64,000 nucleotides of DNA from Bacteroidales bacterium. Its GTDB lineage: Bacteria; Bacteroidota; Bacteroidia; Bacteroidales; VadinHA17. Shown here one piece after another: positions 9,041-15,786 of the stretch (within the stretch, counting starts at the first letter, position 1; every line of letters begins with the position of its first letter). The notes beneath the pieces were generated by a model. That model was not told the DNA's origin and made no database searches. It worked only from the letters and a program-made list of their open reading frames with translations. Position numbers and translations under genes: made by a program. Where the stretch lies: the NCBI GenBank assembly GCA_041303295.1, contig JBFYPM010000133.1:5637-69636 (forward strand), written 5' to 3'.

Positions 9041-10402
9041 ATGGACCGGCAAATTGAAAAATACCTCGCTGAATGGAAAGATAGCCTGAATAGAAAACCG
9101 CTGATAATCAGAGGTGCCCGGCAGGTTGGAAAGACATACACCATTGAAAAATTTGCCGAAAGGAGCTACAGCCACCTCCTGAAAGTGAATCTTGAGCAGG
9201 ACCGCAACATACATTCTGTATTTGAAAGCATGCAGCCTGACAATATCATCAATGAATTATCATTGCTCTATAAGGTTCCTGTCGCAGATGAAACCACTCT
9301 GTTCTTCATTGATGAAATACAGGTTTGCCCAAAGGCTATCGCATCTCTGCGCTATTTTTATGAACAAAGGCCGGGACTTCATCTCATTTGTGCCGGTTCC
9401 CTTTTAGACCATACCCTTAATGAGATACAGTATTCAATGCCGGTAGGCAGGATTGCCTTCGCCTATATGTACCCGTTAACCTTCCCGGAGTTCTTAAGTG
9501 CTATTGGCGAGGACGGACTTTTACAGTTCATTAACGGGTTTTCATTTGAGGAATATTTCAGTGAAGCTGTACACAAAAGGATCCTGGAGTTGCTGCGGTT
9601 GCATTTCTTTGTAGGGGGAATGCCCGAAGCGGTCGATTACTATGTTAAAACGAAAGATCTGTCAGGCATTGAGAAGATCCACTCCAGTCTGATTACTTCC
9701 ATTGAATATGACTTTGCAAAGTATGGAACACGCAAACAGCAGGAGCATCTGAAGGACGTTCTGCACTACGTGACAAACAATGTCGGCAAAAAGGTGAAAT
9801 ATGTGAATGTAAACCGGAATGCTTCTTCAGGTCTGCTGAAAGATGCTTTCCTTAAGCTTGAAATGAGCAGAATAGTTCACCTTGTCAGGCATACGCGATC
9901 AACCGGCGTACCCCTTTCACAGATGCAGGATAATGATGTTTTCAAGCCTGTCTTTTTCGATATAGGGGTTCTTAATCATATAGCCGGAATCAGGCTGATG
10001 GATATAGATAACCTGTTTACAGCTTTTGAAGGTGCTCTTGCAGAGCAGTTTGTCTTTCAGGAGTTAATGGCATCCGGTGAACCTTACATCGAACAAAAAC
10101 TGTACTACTGGATACGTGAGGCAAAAAATTCAAATGCCGAGATTGATTGCCTGTACCAGATTGGCAATAGCATTTACCCCATTGAGATAAAAGCAGGGAA
10201 ACGCGGCAAAATGAAATCATTACATGTCTTTCTGGCAGAAAAAAAAATGGAAACCGGTATCCGTCTCAATACAGATATCCCATCGGTTGGCAGGGGATTT
10301 ACCGCCAGGGTCAATTTACCTGACCGGGAGGAGATTACATACAATCTGATTTCACTCCCTCTTTACCTTGCCGGCAGATTGAGAAGTATTGTAATTCAAT
10401 AA
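9041..10402 (+). CDS. AAA-family ATPase with DUF4143 (COG1373-type ATPase plus PD-(D/E)xK-like C-terminus)
   Basis: Walker A GARQVGKT, Walker B FFIDEIQ, C-terminal AEIDCLY...PIEIKAG (D...ExK nuclease-like motif). Confidence 0.8.
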   Translation: MDRQIEKYLAEWKDSLNRKPLIIRGARQVGKTYTIEKFAERSYSHLLKVNLEQDRNIHSVFESMQPDNIINELSLLYKVPVADETTLFFIDEIQVCPKAIASLRYFYEQRPGLHLICAGSLLDHTLNEIQYSMPVGRIAFAYMYPLTFPEFLSAIGEDGLLQFINGFSFEEYFSEAVHKRILELLRLHFFVGGMPEAVDYYVKTKDLSGIEKIHSSLITSIEYDFAKYGTRKQQEHLKDVLHYVTNNVGKKVKYVNVNRNASSGLLKDAFLKLEMSRIVHLVRHTRSTGVPLSQMQDNDVFKPVFFDIGVLNHIAGIRLMDIDNLFTAFEGALAEQFVFQELMASGEPYIEQKLYYWIREAKNSNAEIDCLYQIGNSIYPIEIKAGKRGKMKSLHVFLAEKKMETGIRLNTDIPSVGRGFTARVNLPDREEITYNLISLPLYLAGRLRSIVIQ

Positions 10403-10475
10403 TGTTACAACGAATATTGAGAGAGGGAGATCGGATAATTTTCATTCATTGCCATTGAACACTATATAAATATTT

Positions 10476-10494
10476 TGTTCATTCAGAATGAACA
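10476..10494. other. perfect 19-bp palindrome TGTTCATTC-A-GAATGAACA
   Basis: 9-bp arms around a single central base, in the convergent intergenic spacer. Confidence 0.5.
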
Positions 10495-10642
10495 GGAAGA
10501 AGATAAACTGCAAGTGTCAGAATAAATGTCCTTCCGGTCTGCAAATGGCTTTTGATGAGAGGAATAGCAGCTTATGTCTATTTCTCGTATACAGCATCTC
10601 GACAAGTGCAACAATCTGTTAAAGAAGTAATTGCCTGAATGG

Positions 10643-10678
10643 AAAAAATCCGGGAGAGATTAAACCTCCCGGATTTTT
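10643..10678. terminator. bidirectional terminator between convergent ATPase and blaR genes
   Basis: ATCCGGGAG-9 nt loop-CTCCCGGAT flanked by A6 and T5. Confidence 0.75.
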
Positions 10679-10697
10679 AAATTGAGACCGTTCCGGA

Positions 10698-12782
10698 TTA
10701 TAATCCTTCCTGCGTTTTCTCGCCCGAGGATAGTGCAAAGGAGATCGGGACAGAATACCATACGTTGACAGGCTTCCCGCCCTGTGTTCCCGGCGTCCAG
10801 TCGGGCAGAAGGCTCATAACCCTTACTGCTTCGGCATCTAACAGCGGGTCGATTCCTCTGACAACAGAAATATCTTCAACTGCACCATCCGAGGCGATCA
10901 TAAACCTGAGGATGACTTTCCCCTCTATGCCCTGTTCTTTGGCTTCAGGAGGATACCTGATGTTTTCATAGATGAATTTGAACAAGGCTGCATCACCACC
11001 CGGATATTTCGGCATATTCTCCACTACTACAAACACCTCCCCGCCACCTACCTTATCAGGCAGGGAAAACTTAGCCGTGATTTCGGAGGTAAAGGGTTCA
11101 TTCATTCCGGGATTCTTCGGAGGCTCCCACAGGGGCGAGGTTTTGATCACCTCTGCAAGGGCATTGCCAAGAAGAGGGTTGGTTGTTTCTTTGGGTTTTA
11201 CATTGCTGATTGTACCGTCGGGCTCAACAGTAAAGCTGACGTGAGCCCAGCCATCTATTCCCGCAGCCTTAGCCTCCGGAGGATATTCAGTTCGGCTTAT
11301 CACCCAGTCGGTAAACGCAAGGTAAAAATCACCCCCGAAGGTCGGAAAATCGTCGCGTGAGGTCCTGCGAAGGGGAACCGTCATACCCAGCTCCCTGGCT
11401 TTTTCCCTGGAATATATTTCAACTGCACCTCCGGCTATCTCCTCACCATACTTTTTCGTGGCCTCCTCCGGGGTCAGGGATTTTGCCAGACCGAAGTCGT
11501 TTCCCATCTTTTCAATAACCCCAGAAACAGTCTGATCAGTAAGCTCGCCATCGACAACGACAAGTAGCTGTGGTTTCAGTTTTTCCGAAACATCACTCTT
11601 CAAAGTGGCAGGGTCAACAAAGTTTGGGTCAGGTACCATCGTGACGGTCATCTCCTTGCCTGTGACAGGATTAAGAGGGAGGTACTTATAGCCCTTATGT
11701 GTAAAAACCAGTATCACATTATCAGGAATGTTTTTGAACTCAAATCGGCCCGAAACATCGGTGATCACTGAAAGGGAGGTTCCGGATAAGTTGACATTTA
11801 CTCCGGGAAATAGGGTTCCGTCTTCTCTGTAAACCACACCTTTTATAAGCTGCTGGATAAGGGCAACGGGCTGAGGAAGTGTTATTTCCGACGGATCGCC
11901 GGACTCAGCATAGACATATTCCGGTGCTGAAAAAGCGTATAGCATAATCGCAAAAACCGGTAACACAAGAAGCATTTTAAGCTTCCTGTAGGGAGAGTAA
12001 ACAATCTTTTTCATCATTTCAAATCTGTTTGTGTAAAACGAAAAGTTGAATGAATTAGAGAGGCTGATCAGCCTGGCGTTGAAGACCTGGTTGAGAAGAG
12101 CCGCCCTGTAACCAGCCGGGTCGGTTGTGCTCTGCAGAGCCTCCTCGTCGGCAAGATTTTCGTGATTTTGCCTGACAAGAGCGGAGTAGATCCATACAAA
12201 CGGATTCATCCACTGTATCAGGCTCATCATCTCAACAAGCAGGAGATCGAACCAGTGTTTCTGTCTGAGGTGCACCATTTCATGGTTAAGGATCTCCCTG
12301 GCCTCCTGCTCGCTCACTGAAGGATTGATGAAAACATAATTGAAGAACGAGAAAGCGGAGGTATATTTTTCAGTTTTGACCAATACGGCATCTCCTGTCC
12401 TGCTCACTGATCCCGTGCTAAAAGCCCGGTAAAGCGAAAAGATATGCAGCAGGGTCCGGAACAGGAACAGAACCATTCCGCCTGCATATATCACCAGGAA
12501 AAGGGCGAGGGAGGATTTCTGCTCATGATGCGCCATGGCGGATGAAGCTTCCGCAGTCAGAGCCATAGCCCCGACCTGCACTTCCTGTACTACCGGCACC
12601 GGAAGCTCAACCTTATAATGAACAGTTATTAGCGGAAGAAGAAGTGACATGACAACCCCGGCAACCAGGTATGCTCTCTTAAGCCTGAAGAACCTCTCCT
12701 TCCTGAGAAAAAGAAGGTATACCAGCGTGAAGCCCGCAAGCCATACGGCCGATTTCAGGAGGTAAAATGCAATTGATTCCAT
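10698..12782 (-). CDS. BlaR1/MecR1-type M56 metallopeptidase signal transducer fused to CarboxypepD_reg-like and two TonB C-terminal domains
   Basis: N-terminal 4-TM M56 domain with HEMVH zinc motif; VVYREDGTLFPGVNVNLSGTS...GRFEF (CarboxypepD_reg-like); two YPPEAK...G.EG TonB_C modules; 3-nt gap to blaI. Confidence 0.85.
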   Translation of the reverse strand: MESIAFYLLKSAVWLAGFTLVYLLFLRKERFFRLKRAYLVAGVVMSLLLPLITVHYKVELPVPVVQEVQVGAMALTAEASSAMAHHEQKSSLALFLVIYAGGMVLFLFRTLLHIFSLYRAFSTGSVSRTGDAVLVKTEKYTSAFSFFNYVFINPSVSEQEAREILNHEMVHLRQKHWFDLLLVEMMSLIQWMNPFVWIYSALVRQNHENLADEEALQSTTDPAGYRAALLNQVFNARLISLSNSFNFSFYTNRFEMMKKIVYSPYRKLKMLLVLPVFAIMLYAFSAPEYVYAESGDPSEITLPQPVALIQQLIKGVVYREDGTLFPGVNVNLSGTSLSVITDVSGRFEFKNIPDNVILVFTHKGYKYLPLNPVTGKEMTVTMVPDPNFVDPATLKSDVSEKLKPQLLVVVDGELTDQTVSGVIEKMGNDFGLAKSLTPEEATKKYGEEIAGGAVEIYSREKARELGMTVPLRRTSRDDFPTFGGDFYLAFTDWVISRTEYPPEAKAAGIDGWAHVSFTVEPDGTISNVKPKETTNPLLGNALAEVIKTSPLWEPPKNPGMNEPFTSEITAKFSLPDKVGGGEVFVVVENMPKYPGGDAALFKFIYENIRYPPEAKEQGIEGKVILRFMIASDGAVEDISVVRGIDPLLDAEAVRVMSLLPDWTPGTQGGKPVNVWYSVPISFALSSGEKTQEGL

Positions 12783-12785
12783 ATC

Positions 12786-13160
12786 TTATTCCTGTTGGTC
12801 ATCGTTTAGCTCTTCCCTGGCCTCCTCAAGTATCCTGTCCAGATCCTTCACTGAAAGATTCTTCTCTCTGGCAAAGAACGATGTCATTGCCGGGAAGGAG
12901 TTATTGAAATATCCCTCGAGCAGTCCGAAAAGCTGGTGCTTTGAATACTCCTTTTTGGATACTGCCGGATAATAGAGGAACACGTTGGCGTATGCCTTGT
13001 GATCAACATAACCTTTCTTCTCCAGCACTTTCAATACGGTTGAGATTGTATTGCGCGCAGGTTTCGGATCATCAAACTTTTCCCTGATATCCTTCACCAC
13101 TCCCTCCTCCAGATCCCATAAAATCTGCATTATCTGCTCTTCAGCCTTCGTCAGTTGCAT
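12786..13160 (-). CDS. BlaI/MecI/CopY family transcriptional repressor
   Basis: MQLTKAEEQIMQILW... winged-helix penicillinase-repressor pattern; ORF-track start (13220) is TTG; ATG at 13160 (or 13175) fits the family N-terminus. Confidence 0.85.
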   Translation of the reverse strand: MQLTKAEEQIMQILWDLEEGVVKDIREKFDDPKPARNTISTVLKVLEKKGYVDHKAYANVFLYYPAVSKKEYSKHQLFGLLEGYFNNSFPAMTSFFAREKNLSVKDLDRILEEAREELNDDQQE

Positions 13161-13230
13161 AACACAATCTTTCATAAATACCACAGCTATACCCGCTGCC
13201 GGGCACTGCCTCTCAATCAATCCTTCATTG

Positions 13231-13238
13231 CAAATGTA
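13231..13238 (-). promoter_or_regulatory. -7 box TAcaTTTG (blaI-blaR operon)
   Basis: Matches TAnnTTTG. Confidence 0.4.
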
Positions 13239-13239
13239 C

Positions 13240-13255
13240 GACTATATTTATAGAC
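13240..13255. promoter_or_regulatory. candidate BlaI operator copy 1 (GACTATATTTATAGAC)
   Basis: Inverted arms CTATA/TATAG; sits 2 nt from a TAcaTTTG -7 box of blaI. Confidence 0.55.
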
Positions 13256-13278
13256 GCACAAGTTTTTTTCACTTATTT

Positions 13279-13294
13279 GTCTATATTTATAGTC
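13279..13294. promoter_or_regulatory. candidate BlaI operator copy 2 (GTCTATATTTATAGTC)
   Basis: Identical 12-bp core CTATATTTATAG, 39 bp from copy 1. Confidence 0.55.
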
Positions 13295-13395
13295 AATAAA
13301 TGTAAATACCTTTTTAACAATACCCTCCATAAAGGAAGAGCCTTAAGGATCAGAAGGGTTGCACTTGCTCATGATTTAGCAATTATGAAGATATA

Positions 13396-14517
13396 TCATT
13401 GTAAAAAGTCTTCAAAATTGTCCTGGGTGATGACCGCTCCAACAGCTCCGGGATATGATTCAGTAAAAGCGACAGGCATCCTAGTTTTCTTGTTGGGCTT
13501 CCATTTGAATTCATAGGCCCAGAGCTGGCCATCTCTTTCTTCTATATAATCAATCTCCTGCTGATCATGCGTTCGCCAGAAATATCTGTTTGCCCAGATT
13601 CCCGAATAGTGAATGTGCTTCTGACGTTCAGAAATGAGAAAGTTCTCCCAGAGAGCACCTGTATCATTTCTCAACTCCGGAGGGTTAAAGTTTGCTATCA
13701 ATGAATTACGGATGCCGTTGTCATAAAAATAGATCTTCCTGGCTCTCTTGAGTTCCTTGCGCAGATTGCGGCTGAAAGACCCAAGTCTGAATATCACGTA
13801 AGTCTTTTCCAGCAGTTGGATATACTTCTCTACCGTCTGGTTGTCCAGATCCAGATTCATTCCAAGCTCATTGTATGAGACTTCATTGCCTACCTGAAAT
13901 GCAAGAAGTTGCAGTAACCTGACAAGCTTTTCAGGTTTCCGGATATCATCAAGCATAAGAATATCTTTATACAAATAGCTGTCTGACAATTGCCTCAGCA
14001 ACTCCTTCTCCTGTCCGGGTGTATTTACAACCTCAGGATAATAACCGTAAACCATCCTGTGAGACAGAAGTCTTCTTTCCTGTAAAAACCCGTGATGACC
14101 AACCATCTCTCCGAAACTTATTGGGTAAAGATTATACTCCCATTTTCTGCCTGTAAGAGGTTCATTGATCTCATTGGCCAGCTCAAAGGAGGAAGATCCT
14201 GTTACCACAAGTTGCACTTCCGGTATCTGATCAGTGATCAACTTTAGCTTCAGGCCAATATTTTTTATTCTTTGTGCTTCATCAATTATGACTATCCTCT
14301 TCCCACCGAACATGGCATAAAATCTTGTCGAAGAAGGTTCTTCAAAAAGAGCTCTGACATCAGGTTCATCTCCGTTAAACCACAGCGAATCCTGTATGCC
14401 TGAAAACAGTAACCTCAGAAGGGTTGTCTTTCCGGTTTGTCTGGCACCCGAAATAATTATTGCCTTTCCTTTGCCCAATTTCTCCCCGATGATTTCCTGA
14501 AGGTTTCTGGTGATCAT
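13396..14517 (-). CDS. AAA-family ATPase with DUF4143 (second, diverged COG1373-type paralog)
   Basis: Walker A GARQTGKTT, Walker B VIIDEAQ, C-terminal QEIDYIE...AYEFKW (D...ExK-like). Confidence 0.8.
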   Translation of the reverse strand: MITRNLQEIIGEKLGKGKAIIISGARQTGKTTLLRLLFSGIQDSLWFNGDEPDVRALFEEPSSTRFYAMFGGKRIVIIDEAQRIKNIGLKLKLITDQIPEVQLVVTGSSSFELANEINEPLTGRKWEYNLYPISFGEMVGHHGFLQERRLLSHRMVYGYYPEVVNTPGQEKELLRQLSDSYLYKDILMLDDIRKPEKLVRLLQLLAFQVGNEVSYNELGMNLDLDNQTVEKYIQLLEKTYVIFRLGSFSRNLRKELKRARKIYFYDNGIRNSLIANFNPPELRNDTGALWENFLISERQKHIHYSGIWANRYFWRTHDQQEIDYIEERDGQLWAYEFKWKPNKKTRMPVAFTESYPGAVGAVITQDNFEDFLQ

Positions 14518-14537
14518 ATGCTCTATTTTTAAGATTA

Positions 14538-14569
14538 TAATCGCAAATATAGTGTAATTATTGCGATTA
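14538..14569. promoter_or_regulatory. 9-bp inverted repeat TAATCGCAA-N14-TTGCGATTA around the -7 box of the second DUF4143 ATPase gene
   Basis: Arms 14538-14546 and 14561-14569; TAtaTTTG box (14544-14551, minus) straddles the left-arm/spacer junction. Confidence 0.4.
14544..14551 (-). promoter_or_regulatory. -7 box TAtaTTTG (DUF4143 ATPase 2)
   Basis: Matches TAnnTTTG; 27 nt upstream of ATG. Confidence 0.4.
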
Positions 14570-14610
14570 CAATCAGCTATTTAATGAAAATTAGCCATTG
14601 ATGCTATCAG

Positions 14611-14684
14611 CAGTAGGCAGTCAAATTAGGCAGTAGAGTAGTCCTCTGTCGGAAGTTAACAGTCTTCAGTCAGGCAATAGGCTG
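14611..14684. repeat. degenerate heptad tract (CAGTAGG CAGTCAA ... AGTCCTC TGTCGGA AGTTAAC AGTCTTC AGTCAGG CAATAGG)
   Basis: xGT(C) anchor at 14640, 14647, 14654, 14661, 14668; shares 12-mer CAGTCTTCAGTC with 54701-54712. Confidence 0.8.
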
Positions 14685-14740
14685 TTGTGGGCTTAAGAAT
14701 TAAGAATCCATTAGTTACTCCATTTTACCTTTCAACTTTT

Positions 14741-14788
14741 GACTTTACGGACTTTCGACTTTACAGACTTTGGACTTTATGGACTTTT
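14741..14788. repeat. three tandem 16-bp units GACTTTACGGACTTTC / GACTTTACAGACTTTG / GACTTTATGGACTTTT
   Basis: GACT anchors alternately 9 and 7 nt apart; array abuts (1-nt overlap) the stop codon of the e(P4) phosphatase gene. Confidence 0.9.
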
Positions 14789-15639
14789 TAGAACGTCTTG
14801 AGCAGCTTGTGCAGCTTCTCCTTCTCCGTTCGTCCTTCTGTCTTTTTCAGCAGCTCCGTAAGCCAGTTGCCGTACATCGGGTTGGGAAGAACGATATACC
14901 TCGTGCCGAACAGCCGCCGGTCCGTATCCACTGTGGCAAAGCTAAAATCAGCGCCCCGCTTTTCATACATACCGCTGTGATCTGCAAGGTTATCGCCCAC
15001 AAGCAGAATGATCTCATAATCCTTCTCAATCATTGCCCTCCGCTCAACCTTTGATGAGGTGGTCTCTTTCAGAAGCATATGCGCGCTGTCGGCATTGGCA
15101 AACCCCAGGGCGGCCATGTTTTGGATTGTCGGCCCCATCTCCTTCACAGTCCTGTTTGAAACGTAGAAGACCTCAACCCCCAGTGAATCAGCATACCGGG
15201 TGAACTCCACGGCGCCCGGCAACGGTTCTGCCCGGGCAAGTTCAACCCACCGTATCCAGTCTTCGTTATTGAATGCCCTGTTCTCAATCACCTGCCAGCC
15301 CTGGTACGGACTGTTATCGAGCAGCGTCTCATCGATGTCAAGCGTCACTGCTGCAGGCTTCGTCCGCCCGGCCCATGCCAGGTTTTCTGCAAGGGAAATC
15401 GCGGCATTGCGGAAACACTGATAGTACAGGGCCCTCATCTCAGCCGATTTCTGGTACCACAGAGTTGCCAGTATCAGATGGTCCTGGTCCTCCCCGGAAA
15501 CCGGGAAAGGATCGTCCTGTATGACAGCAAGTGCCCGGGCAGGGAGCTCTTGTCTTTCTGCAGACAAAGCTGATTTCTGCCTCAGAGTGCCACATGATGC
15601 CAGTATAATCATGACGGTAACAATAATGAGCTTTTTCAT
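14788..15639 (-). CDS. 5'-nucleotidase / acid phosphatase, lipoprotein e(P4) family (HAD superfamily)
   Basis: Lipobox ILASC, HAD motif I in e(P4) form LDIDETLLDNSPYQ, later GDNLAD. Confidence 0.85.
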   Translation of the reverse strand: MKKLIIVTVMIILASCGTLRQKSALSAERQELPARALAVIQDDPFPVSGEDQDHLILATLWYQKSAEMRALYYQCFRNAAISLAENLAWAGRTKPAAVTLDIDETLLDNSPYQGWQVIENRAFNNEDWIRWVELARAEPLPGAVEFTRYADSLGVEVFYVSNRTVKEMGPTIQNMAALGFANADSAHMLLKETTSSKVERRAMIEKDYEIILLVGDNLADHSGMYEKRGADFSFATVDTDRRLFGTRYIVLPNPMYGNWLTELLKKTEGRTEKEKLHKLLKTF

Positions 15640-15786
15640 CCGTTTTTATTCTGTTGAAAATTAAATGATTGTCAAAATCAGTCCGTTTTGTTTGTTATCT
15701 CCTAAGTAACAAATAATTGGCTGATCGCGACTGTTGTGTTTGAAAGATTTTTAACTTTAACCGACTATACCAAAACTTAATCTGCA

